A DNA stretch of 64,000 nucleotides. Source: Lama glama (lineage: Eukaryota). Made by a program: the position numbers and the translations under genes. Shown here in pieces: positions 26,570 to 38,350 of this stretch. A model generated the notes under the pieces. It worked only from the letters and a program-made list of their open reading frames with translations. It had not been told where the DNA came from and did no database searches. Every line of letters starts with the position of its first letter. The first letter of the stretch is position 1. Location: positions 70,062,001 to 70,126,000 of the forward strand of contig CM052816.1 of assembly GCA_028534125.1 (NCBI GenBank), written 5' to 3'.

Positions 26570-27374
26570 GTGTGTTTGAAGGAATTTCCCACACCATCGA
26601 GCAAGCAATTCCCAGACCCCAGCTGGATATCCTACAATTCAGCTCAATTCTGACACTATCTACTTGAAATACAGTCAGATTCCACAGGTTAAGGGTTCTT
26701 TTCTACAAGACTGTCCCTCACCCCCATCCTCTGCCTAACTTCAGATGCCAATTCCAAGTCTAAGTTGTCATCTGTGCTTCTGACCAAATGGCTGTAAATC
26801 AGAGGTTCCCATGACTCCCTCCTTGGGTTCAATTAATTTATTAGAGCAGCACACAGAACTCAGAGAAGCATTTTACTTACTAGATTACCCATTCATTATA
26901 AAAGGATACAACTCAGGAACAACTGGATGGAAGAGATGCATAGGGAAAGGTAAGGGGAAATGGCTCGGAGTTTCCATACCCTCTCTGAGCCCAACACTCT
27001 TCCCAAATCTTCATCAACTCAGGAAGTTTTTAAACCCTGTCTTTTTGGGCTTTTATGGAGGCTTTATTACAAAGGCATGGTTGATCAAATCATCAGTCAT
27101 TGCTGATTGGTTCAACCTCCAGCCCCTATCCTCTCTCGGAAGATCAGGGGGGTGGGACTGGAAATTCCAACCCTCTAATCACAGGGTGGAGTTGGTGGAT
27201 TCTCTGGGGAACTGGCCCCACCCTTAGGTGCTTTCCTAGAGTCATCTCATTAACATAACAAGAGACACTTGTATCTGCTCTCATTATATGCAATTTGAAG
27301 GGTTTTAGGAGCTCTGTGCTGAAAGTAGGACCAAGACCAAATATACATTTCTTTCTATAAATCACAATATCACA
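26570..27374 (-). mobile_element. MER21-like LTR
   Basis: The minus strand begins tgtgatattgtgatttata...tatatttggtc. Internal caattctgacactatctac and ggttcccatgactccctccttgggttc match MER21. Confidence 0.8.
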
Positions 27375-27580
27375 GACTGAAAGATCAAAGTGGCTTGGGC
27401 TGGGAAAAGAAAGTTGGGGTTGGCGAAGAACTTACACCTGGAATATGGTCCCCATGATGGGGATGGTAGCCATCAATAGTAATTGTTATGCAGGACCAGA
27501 CACTCTTCAGCAGATGCCAGTCAGTGCCGACTGCTGAGGAAACACAGACTAGCTGCACTGCACTGGAGATAGAAGACCCA

Positions 27581-27910
27581 GAGTGGTGCAGCTCAATAGA
27601 AGTACAACGCAAGCTATATATGTAATTTAAAATTTTCTAGTAGCCACACTGAAAAGGTTTTAAAAAAGGGTGAAACTAATTTTAATAGTTAACATATTTA
27701 TTTAACCCAATACATCCAAAATATTTTCATTTCAACTTGTAATCAATAGAAAAATATTAATGAGATGTTAAATATAGAGATGTATATTTGTGCTAAGCTT
27801 TGGAAGCCAGTGTGTATTTTACATTTACAGCACATCTTAATTTGGCCCAGCCACATTTCAAGTGCTCAATTGCCACACCTGGCTGGTGCCTACTGTACTG
27901 GACAGCACAG
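27581..27910 (+). mobile_element. MER33-like hAT-Charlie DNA transposon
   Basis: caatagaa...tgtaatttaaaattttctagtagccacac...ccacatttcaagtgctcaat...tggacagcacag follows the MER33 consensus throughout. Confidence 0.85.
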
Positions 27911-30900
27911 ATCAAGACAATAGCAGGCCGACTGAAGGTCCTTCTTCCCACCAACATAAATACTTGGAAACAATCTTGGCAAGGAAGAGGAGGGAGAGGA
28001 GACTTTTCTAGCACTAAGAAATGTCTTTGATAGGGAGTTAAAATTATGGGTTGATTAAGAGAATTTTAGCTGGAAGGAACAGTTAATTTTAACTAAGCCC
28101 TAAATTTTTCTTCAATTATCAATGGCAATGGGGATTCAAGGACAAGATGAGATTAAAATAAGGAAATGTATAAATTTTTGCACATCTAAGTAATACTGGG
28201 TGTATTTCAATCCATATTATAAAGTTTGGAGAATTGTTTTTACTGTGTGGGAATTGAGTCATCATTAAGCATATTGATAAAGTAAGTCACTATTCATCTC
28301 ATTGTATTTAGGCATTTTTGCTTGAATCATCCAGGTGCTTATAACCTAAAGCCAAGACTACATGACAGTGGTCATAACAAGCAAGTCATGATAATTGAGG
28401 CTGGGGTTCCTTGGGGGCAGGAGTTCCATCACTAACTTGATTTCAAACAACCCTAATGCACAGATGTAGAAAAGCTCTTCTCTAAGCTGTTTTCACTGCT
28501 GTGTTGTACCCATTGGGCTGGCTCTCACTTCTCTGCCTTCACTTTTGGTATTCTCTATCGAAAACACCTCCATTCTCAGTTTTGATACCTAATTCAATTC
28601 ACAGTTCATCAACCAGTGTAAGTCCTATCCTCACCGTGAATCATGCCAGAACTTGTTCAATTTAAATAGAATTTATCATGTGATTCATATTAAATGGCTT
28701 AACTCCTAATTATATACTCTTTTGTGTTTATTTTCTAGTTGTTTTCTTTGTGAATTTCTCATCTTATCAGTGAATTCATGCTTTAATAAAGGAAGAAACT
28801 TTTCTTTCTTTTATATACCTGATACATTCAGCAAAGTGCTGGGCTTGAGATTAATCCTTAATATTTATTGCTTAAATTGAATCAACTTAATAGTCTGTGA
28901 TGATTCAATTTGAAAATTAAAGTAGCTAAATGTAGTCATTTTAATGTACTCATACTCTGTTAGCACGGGGATGCATTTACAGAAAAAGGAGTGCTAACTA
29001 CAAACAGATAATGATAAAGAATTACATTTTGGGCATTGCAGAGACAATTTTGATTCTACCCTCTTTAAATATCCAGAGTCAAGAAATATTCTTGGACTAT
29101 ATTCTTCCAACCACTGTTCATAAAACTGTTGGTCATTTCTTATTAGTTACAATGAGGACAAAAAATGATCACCATCTGTAAATGGCTCTGCTATTTGCCA
29201 TTTATTTCTTCTACTAGTTCCTAAAAGGTGCTCTTCTTCCTCAAGAATTTTAACATCCAAATGAGTAGGGCTCTGTAGGTATTTTTCTTATTATGAGTCA
29301 ACTGGATCACTTCCAGTTTTACAATGTACACATCTTTTATCTATGACCATGGGCTGAGGCTATTAACCAAAACATGAAATCAAGGCTCACTCCAACATTT
29401 TTGCCTTCACTTTTATCATGCTCAAATAAAGAAAGAGACTGGCATGCCCACGCAAATGGAGGCAAAATAAGTAGGGCATATGATGATTGATTACAATTGA
29501 CCCATCAGGAGAAAAATACCTACTAAAGCAATATTCCATGTGTTTTTTACACATACACACACACATGCATGCACACACACAAAGTTTTAATATGAAATAC
29601 TTCAGAGACAACAGCACTATAATACATCAGTGCTATTAAAAGCAGTGCTCAAAGAAGTATGTTTCTAGTACTCTGGGGAGTCGTTTGAGTCCTTCTGGCA
29701 CACTGTAGGATAATAAAGATATCTAAGTAAGTTTATAGCCTCAGTTCTGATTTTGGATGACTTTATGAAACCTTGAGTTTATCATTTGTTTTTAATCATC
29801 ACCCTTTAAAATTTATCAAGCACATGGTATTTTTATTGTCACCCTATCTTGAGAATTTTGTTATTGGTATCCTGTCATTTAAATCACCTTTACACTGTTC
29901 GTTTTTGTGTGTGTGCTGAAATAATAATTCTTTGACCAGAAAGGCTTGAATATTTTAGCTGGAGAATTCAGTTCAAAGGACTGTGGTCCAAGAAATAGAC
30001 ACTTTAGTAATTGTGATTATCTATAGATCCACACATTTAGAACTTAGAGGCTTCAAGGAGTGATTTAAAAGGTGAGTAATTTCTTCATGTGGGTTCAGTG
30101 ATGGGGAATGATATGGGTTAAAAGATTAGGCAGGAATATGGCACTTTTTTGGATTAAAGAATTATGTACAAAAAATCTGTATACTGACGGATTATGTTAA
30201 AATTTAGTGCAGATATTCGTTTCACAAATATCTATGAAAGGTTATTAGGTGCCAGACACTATCTTAAATGGTAGGTGAGCTGTGATGAGTAAGACAGACA
30301 TTGTTCCTAAACTTGGGAGTTGAGAATCTAGCAGATACTAATATATCGATAATGGAATGGAGAAATAGACTTCTTACTCTTCTCTTAGGTGATGGGAGGT
30401 TTGCTGGTAGGTGCAATTTCCCCTAGAGTGATGGCAAATAAAACACCGAATTTAGTTTCTTCTTTCAAATTCCATGTAAGTGGAACTCAAGGTTTGAGTC
30501 AGGTACAATACATCCCATAATATTACATCTCATAATATTTAGCTTCACACCAAAGGAAGCGTAAAATCTCAAGTCCTTGGCTGGTTTTGGTGTTTAAAGT
30601 ACAGACTGGTGGCTTGAAGGTTTGTTTGGATTTCTTTTCAGTCTAAATAATATTTTGTAATAAATGCTTCTTTTTTTTAAGCTGCCAAAATTAGTCTTGG
30701 GGAAAGTGCATACTCTTTTTTTCCGTATCTCATCCTTCACATGTTCCTAGAAATATTAGATACATTTTTAAGTATTGAGAAAATAGGAGATTTTTTTAAA
30801 AAATATTGATTCTTTGATACCCTCAGACAACTAAAACATTGAGTAGGGTCAAATATGAGGTTGAGGGAGCGTGTTATGTCCATATGGCAAATAGATAACA

Positions 30901-31985
30901 AGTATCTCTTAAAAGTGTTGCTGTTTTATAACCTTTTTTATAGTCTAGATAAAACTGTGACTATGACCTTCATTTGAATCAGCACAGAGAAGAGAAACTC
31001 GAATAAATGTAAACATTAAGAGTTTTTTAAGTAAAAATTCTTCTGTTTGTAAAAAAGCAGTCATTGCTTTGAAGTTTTTTTTTAAGTAATGTTTTATGTA
31101 GAATCAAATCTTGAAAAGATAAAGAAGCCAAATAGAATGAATATCAGTAAGCATATAATAAACAATAAGTGAACATTGATGGTCTTTGCCAAAGGCAAGG
31201 GGATCTGAGTCTAAAAGCAGTGCTCTCTAGTCAATGAAAATAAAATGGTGTAAGTCACAACTTAGATGTGGAAAGAAAACACAAGTGAGAATAAGGAGAA
31301 TTTACAAGGACGATCTCACTCTTTAATATATTTACCTTGTTTCTACTTTCTCCAAAGGGAACAACTGAGAAGTCTCTTTAGCATCTTAGAGCATGACTTG
31401 CAGGGAAGCAGCAATTCCCATGTAGGCAGAAACACAAGGTTTCCTCAAATAACCAAAAGCACAGCCCACAGTGGTTTGACATGTATTGAAGCCAGATCCC
31501 AGAATTTACCTCCCTGAGGCTAAGTCATCTTTAATGGGATCATAGCAAGGGTCTTTGAACTGGCCTCCTCCCATCTATTCATGTCCCTCCTGTCCCCTCT
31601 TCCTCTTCCCTCGTCCCCAATCCCTCTTCCCCAGTCCTGTAGATGGTAGAATTCTGTAAGTTAAACTCTGATGATATCCTTGCCCTGCTTGAATCCTTCA
31701 ATGGCTTCCAGTTACTCTTCAGGTAAAATTTAAAATCCTACAATTTCTACATAATCTGACCCGGGCTCACCTGTCTAGCTTAATTTTCTACAATTTCTGA
31801 CAATTCCTAAGGGAAATTTTTATTCTTCCCTTCGAAGTTCCTTTTTAGTGTGTTGTCTTTTCCTTCATTTCCTAAGAAGCCTGTCCAGTTTCATGGACTC
31901 TTGGCTTCACTACTCTGATTTCACCATGCCAACAAGGATCTTTCTCTATTTGTTTCCTAATGAACAGTTTTAGCTTGCAGCCTTT

Positions 31986-32402
31986 TGTGAGTTTGCTAGA
32001 ACAGCCATAGCAAATTACCACAAACCGGGTGGTTTAAAGGACAAACTTATTGTCTCACAATTCTAGAAGCTAGCACTCCAAGATGAAGGTATGGGCAGGA
32101 CTGGTTCCTTCACAGGACTTCTGGCAGTTTGCCTCCAGATCTTTGGCACTCCTTGGCTTGTAGATGCATTACCCTGATCTCAGCTGTTACCTGCACGTGT
32201 CATTCTCCCTGTGTACATCTACATCCAAATTTCCTTTTTTATAAGGGCACCAGTCATACTGGATTAGGGTCCACCCTAAATGACCTTGTCTTATCTAATT
32301 ACATTTGCAGTGATCCTATTTCCAAATAAACTCACAGTCTGAGGTACTGAGAATAGGACGCCAACATGTTAATTTTCAGAGGACACAATTCAACTTGTAA
32401 CA
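31986..32402 (-). mobile_element. MLT1 (A/B/C-like) LTR
   Basis: gccatagcaaattaccacaaac, ggattagggtccaccctaaatgacc, ggacacaattcaac...taaca. Confidence 0.8.
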
Positions 32403-33418
32403 ATCCTCCTGCTCTTCCTCCCTGTGCGTAAGAGAAGTCTCTTTATTTGACTCTATCTTCCCTACAAAAGGGGTTGGAGGGAAATACAGGTGAAGGGAAT
32501 TGTTAATAGTGAATACATTTTATCTGTCCAAAATAATTTCCTCTTACAAATGATTGAAAAACAAAGAAGTCAGTCAATCATTTCTACAGATTTGTCTTCC
32601 AAAAATACAGATCAGGTGACATCATTCTCCTGCTCTAAGACTGAAGGTAGGCACCGTCTCATCTCACTTGGTGACCGTTGCATCTGTATTATTTGGTACT
32701 AGATATAGTGCACTGCCAGTTACATGGTAGGGACTCATAGATGTTTGTTGTACACAGCTGAAAAACTTTGATGGCTGCTTTTCACTTGCAGGAGAAAGAC
32801 CAAAGTCATCAGTCTAACCCACAGAAATTTGACAGCGATTTATCTTTCTAGTGTATCCTGCTACTCCATGTGTTTCAGCTACATACCTTTAGCCGTAAAA
32901 ACCATTCTACAGTGGTTCTGTGTGCACTCTTCACTTTCACACCCGTTCTTTAATTCAGGCCTTTCTTTTTGCCTGGGACCTGCTTCTGCCTTCCAGCTAG
33001 CCAGACTTGAAGGCTCGGCTCAGCATGTCCCTGCCTCTTCTGATAGCAAGTCTGTTTCCTTCAGGGAGGGTTACTCTCTCTTCCAGATAGCCTCATAGCA
33101 CTTTGTGTACTTTCCACAGTGGGACTCTTGGTAGGATTCTTAAGTAGATTAGAATTCCACAGGACCGAGGATATGTCCTTTTCATGTTGTTATCACTCAC
33201 AAAGCCAGGCACACTCCTTTGATCTATAGGTATCACCCAGCACAATTTTAATTAGTGAGTTTTAAAATTAAATGTAATTGATTCTGAATTTGTTCCTCTA
33301 GGCCAGCTTTTTCTTTTTTTTTTTCCAGTACAAAGATTCCTTTGTAATCATACTTTCTGGATTTTCCTGAAAAACTATAATGACAAAAAATTTACTATAA
33401 ATTTCATGGCATTTAAAA

Positions 33419-33558
33419 GATTTTATTATTATTATTTATTTATTGGGGGGTAGCTAGGCTTATTTATTTATTTATTTTTAGAGGAGGTACTGGGGATTGA
33501 ACCCAGCTCCTTTTGCATGCTAAGTATGCATTCTACCACTTGAGCTATATCCTCCCCC
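33419..33558 (-). mobile_element. tRNA-derived SINE (camelid Vic-1-like)
   Basis: The minus strand reads GGGGAGGATATAGCTCAAGTGGTAGAATGC...GGTTCAATCCCCAGTACCTCC (A and B boxes) followed by an (AAAT)n tail. Imperfect TSD ttcatggcatttaaaa/ttcatggtattttaaaa. Confidence 0.88.
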
Positions 33559-33839
33559 TTCATGGTATTTTAAAATAAACTTGTGTTCTGTTTATCACCA
33601 AAGCATCTATAGACATAAGAAAAGAATGGATGTTTGTATCTTACCAGACGTATTATATTTGGTGTGTACATGGATTTGTGGACTCCGTGCAAACTCAGTG
33701 GCTTACAAATTGCAAATAGTTTTCTGGAAAATAAGGACCCATTGAAGATTTTGGATTGGACAATGACAAAGGAAAGTTCAACTACATAAAAATGAGATTA
33801 ATGTTTTTTCAAAATATTCTTCCTTGCAGTCACATCTTC

Positions 33840-34140
33840 ATTTGTTTAGTATCTAGTATGTGCTAGGCAACACCTTGTGCTAACATGTAAGAGGGACCAG
33901 GCTAGTATCAGTGGACAAGTGGTTGGATCCTGGATATATTGTGAAAGTAGAGCCCATAGAATTTATGGACAGATTAGATGTCATTTATGAAAGAAAAGTG
34001 TCAAGGATGCCTTCAAGGCTTCTGACTGGAGCAATCAGAACAGAGTCACTGTTCACTCGAATACAGAAGACTCTTGGAGGAGAGGGTTTGAGGATGGGGT
34101 GGTAATCAGGAATTTGGTTTTGGACATATTAAGTCTGAGT
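33840..34140 (-). mobile_element. L2 fragment
   Basis: ggatatattgtgaaagtagagcc..., gtcaaggatgccttcaaggcttctg, ggttttggacatattaagt. Confidence 0.7.
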
Positions 34141-34217
34141 TACCTTATTGAATCAAGAAAAGGTATCTTTAGGTATATGCTAATGTGGGTATCTGTTCAA
34201 TGAGGAGAAACGCAATT

Positions 34218-34620
34218 AGAGGTACGCTAGAGCTGGCTCATACCAGCTCATGACAGCTGATTACACCATTTTCAGGAATTTTGTTAGCCAATTGTTAAAA
34301 ATTAACAAGCTGTTATTCAAAATTAAGCCATGTAAGTATATAAGGTGTACTAATTAAATTATACCAAAGCAAAAATAATCCGTATTTTAAAACTCATCAC
34401 TTCCTAATGATTGTCCATGATGATGAGGTTAAAAGTATCTCGTATCTATACAGTACACATATTACAGAATGGTGTGTATCTCTTCCCAACTCTGGGTTCA
34501 GTGGCATCATACTGGCAGCTTGAAATTGACTCTGATAGGATAATCAGCAAATGCCACAAACTCAGGGCTTTTTATCTCTGCAACACTGATTGTTAAACCA
34601 CACTTACCAGCACACCACTG
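34218..34620 (+). mobile_element. MER63-like hAT-Blackjack DNA transposon
   Basis: gagctggctcataccagctc, tctcttcccaactctgggttcagtg, terminal ttaccagcacaccactg. Confidence 0.75.
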
Positions 34621-37600
34621 AAAAATCCTCAGTGGAAGCAAGTTATCTCTTCACCCTCATATATCCTTATGTCATTATCACATTGTTTTTATCTTTCCTG
34701 TTATATAAGTGAAAACAAACAAATAAACCAAAAAAAAAAAAGAACTGAAAATAAAAGATGAGGGAGAAGTAAAGGATTGATGAGGAGCTAGTACAGGGCA
34801 CCCAAAGCAAGAAAGATCTTAAAAAATAGACTAAGTTGTGGTACACCAATGCAGTTTAACACTTTCCCTTTTTTTTTTTTTTAATGAGCCTGCTCTAAAC
34901 CAATATGAAACAATTTATAAGTTATAAGGTATAAAAAGCAGACAAAGCAAACACAATAAAATTTCTATTATGGTAACATTTATGCAAAACAAAAGTACAG
35001 GTACATGTTTATTTATGCACTGAATATTTCCAAAAAATATACAGGAATCTGGTACCATTATTGCTTCAGAAGAGGGGAATTTGGTGATGAGGGTATTGAG
35101 GTAGGAGGGAAATATTCTTTTCCCTAACCATTCTTTTGTTCCCTTTTGATTTCATAACATGTATATGCATTTCTTATTCAAATAAAACATGCCTTTAAAA
35201 AAAAAGTGTAAGTGATTTTAAGAACATGATATACAAATAACTCTCAGCCTAGGGTGGGAGGAGGAGCAAAGCTCTTCCACTTTAAATTTGTATAAATTTT
35301 GTCTCTTTTAAACACCATTATGTTTTCTTATGTCCATTAACATTTATGAGGAAGTCCTCTATGATATGCAGCTTCTAAATATGAAGGATTTTTAGTTAAC
35401 AATTATAACCTATAAACTTAAAGTTATGTTAATCTCAAAGCATGTTTTAGAAACTGGATCTGTTAGAATATGTGTTATACAAAGTTACATTTATTCACTT
35501 AAAATAATAAATATGTTTGTCTTAGAAATTTGAATTTATTTGCCTACTTGTGATAATTAACACACTGACTGTGATCTTACTGGTCTTATTATATTTATTC
35601 TCTATATAAATACGATAAGCTCTCTTGTTAATTCAAAAATGTAGCAGATTCTGAGTCTAGACTTTTCTCCTCAGTTGTGCAAGAAAATAAAGCAGTGCTT
35701 ATAGCAGACTCATTATCAAAAACACAGTTGAAAAACTTGTGCTTTCAAACAGATTGGTGCCACGGTCCTGGAGACAAATCTGAACAAAGGGTGGTGGAAC
35801 AGGTTGCCCTAAAACTGCAGTATGCAAACATAACAAGTGAGGAACACTCAGGAAACCTCTGTTTTGGTTTTCAGTGAAAGCTGCCTGTCTTTGCTGCCTG
35901 TTCCCAATTTGAGAGTGTGAAACTGCTGTATTCACTAAATTAGATAGAAAAAAGAAAAAAGCACACATGCAGGTGTTTTCAGTAACGATCCAAAGTTTAG
36001 AAGCAGTGTTAGCAAAAACAGGGGTTTTTAATTTTAGAAAATGAGGTAGATCAAATTAAGAAGCATCATATCTGGGACTGGTAGAGGAACTATTCTCTCC
36101 CTGAGTTTTTTCTTCCTCCCTTTTCCTATATGAAATAAGGATTGATCAACCAAAAATCAGATCTGAATAGGAAGTGTAGATGACTCGTGTGTCAGTCAAA
36201 AGTTCAGGCAAGAAGAGAGAACTGATCTTCCAGGGTGTGTCTAAATCTTCATTCACGACAGGACTCCTCACAGTGGTGTGGGCAGGTGTAGGGAGTAAGC
36301 AAGCAATGGCTCCTAGACAAGCAACAATAGGAAGACCTTGCTTTCCCCAGAGAAGAAGGGACAAGGGCAGGAAATAAAGTTTCTGGAGTCAAAGAGAAGT
36401 GGAAATGTGTAGATAGGGCTGCCCTGCTTCTCCTGGACAATCGTATGGGGAAGCAGCTATTGGCAGAGAGCTGGTGTTGAAACAGGGAGGGAGCAGGGTA
36501 GCAGTACCCCACATCTCTCTGCCCCTGGCCTCTGCTCTCTTCTCAGTGCCCTGGCCAAACCTAGAGGGAGACCAGCCCCCATGGGGGCATGAGAAACACA
36601 TTCTGCAGCGCTCAGCCTTGGAAGGGAAAGAGCAGGAGAGAGAAGGATGGAGCATGAATGGGAGTGGAAATGCAAACAGAATAATCAGCACACTCAGCTT
36701 TTCCTGCATTAAAATCCCCTGGGTAAATTCCAAGATGGAGCAAAATGTGTACGTGTGTCTCTGACCGGTAAGCTATTAGTAACCTTGGTTTTTCCAAATC
36801 GCAACTAGCTCTGGGTGATTATGGGAGCCCTGTGGAAGCAGAGTTTTAAGGAAAGATTCTCTCTGGATATCTGTTCATGACATATGCATCATTGCCATAG
36901 TATGTTGCTTATCATATTTTGAGATATGTAGTTAATATTCTAGATAAACAACAAAGTGCTTGCATAAATTCTCAAGTTTCCCACCTAGAGGAATTGAATG
37001 ATCAGATTAAAATCTAAAAAAAGAAAAAGTGCATATTCAACTTTAACTAAAGAATAATAATCTGAGTAAAACTGGAGGGTTTTACAAAAGATCATGTTAA
37101 GGAGAAAAGATATAGTTAACTCTTTCCTTCTGCATTTTGAAAGGGAAAGCTGCAATTTTAAAACTGTAATGTGTGAAAATGTAATTTAATTAAAGAAAAT
37201 TAGCATTCAGATGGTAGGGTCTAATTTTTTACCGAGTTTTGAAGTGGAAAACAAAGTATATTTATTTGAGGACTAAAAATTTTTCTTAAAGAAGGAATCA
37301 TTTGCTCTAATTAGAAAGAATGAGTGTGTTTAAATATATTTGCCCAAAAAAGTTACAAACTTTTCATTTCCAAGATGAAGCATAACAAGCAAAACAAAAA
37401 TATTACTACAGATTAAACTGTACTACATTAATAATTCTCTTTTCCAGCATCACTTTACACCCAAAAGGGAAAAAAAATTAACTTCTGTGCTAATAGAAAT
37501 TGGCAGCACACCAATAAAAACATGTGCTGACATAATTAATTGCCTTAAGATTGACTATGTTAATAGCCAGGTGGGACCAAAAATTATTCTCTCTTTGGGT

Positions 37601-38094
37601 AAAGTTTTTATATAAATTTGGTTATTGCTGTTCTTTTAATTTTATGATAAACGTTTTCAGTGAAAATTAGGATTTGAGATGACTGGGATTTTTATCATTT
37701 ACCTACTCTGAGAATTATTTTAGTAATGTTAAAAGAAATTTATATTAGTAGATTAAGCCTTTTATTCCAAAGAATTCTGACTCCTTATTTTACCGTCTCC
37801 GTGGTAATGAAACTGGGATGAAAGTATGGTGTATTTTTAATTCATGAAAAGATTCCTATTGAAGCTAAAATGACTAAATTTTCTAGAGCTATAATTTCAA
37901 TCCTTGGTTTACATTTACCACCATCAAAACTGATATTTTAGGGCATAGAAATCTAGGGTAAATATGAGTACACAGTAGAATGTGTTAAAATCTAATAATG
38001 TGTGTCTTTTATAAATTGATTTTTGTTAAACTAAAACAATTTTAAAAGTAAGTAAAACTATGAAATTCTTCTACTTAAATTATCTTGGAAATTC

Positions 38095-38350
38095 TGTTAA
38101 AAAACCAGCTTCCCTGAGATAAAATTCATATACCATAAAATTCATTTATTTAAAATGTGCAGTTCAATAGTGTTTATATTCACAGAGTTGTGAATCATCT
38201 TCACAATCATTTTGAGAATGTATTCATCCCTTCAAAGAAAATTCCCATACCCATTAGCAGTCAGCCCCCCATTTCTCTCCCATCCCCCTAGCCCTGGACA
38301 ACCAATAATCTTTCTGTCTCTATAGATTTGTCTATTCTGGGCATCTTGGC
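38095..38350 (-). mobile_element. L1M 3' end fragment
   Basis: gagataaaattcatataccataaaattc...ctttctgtctctatagatttgtctattctgg. Confidence 0.75.

Noticed and set aside
26811..27227. 138-aa ORF
   Set aside because: It lies entirely within the MER21-like LTR.
33480..33558. tRNA-like sequence (also 43670-43742)
   Set aside because: An AT-rich tail, TSDs and a degenerate cloverleaf mark these as SINEs, not tRNA genes.
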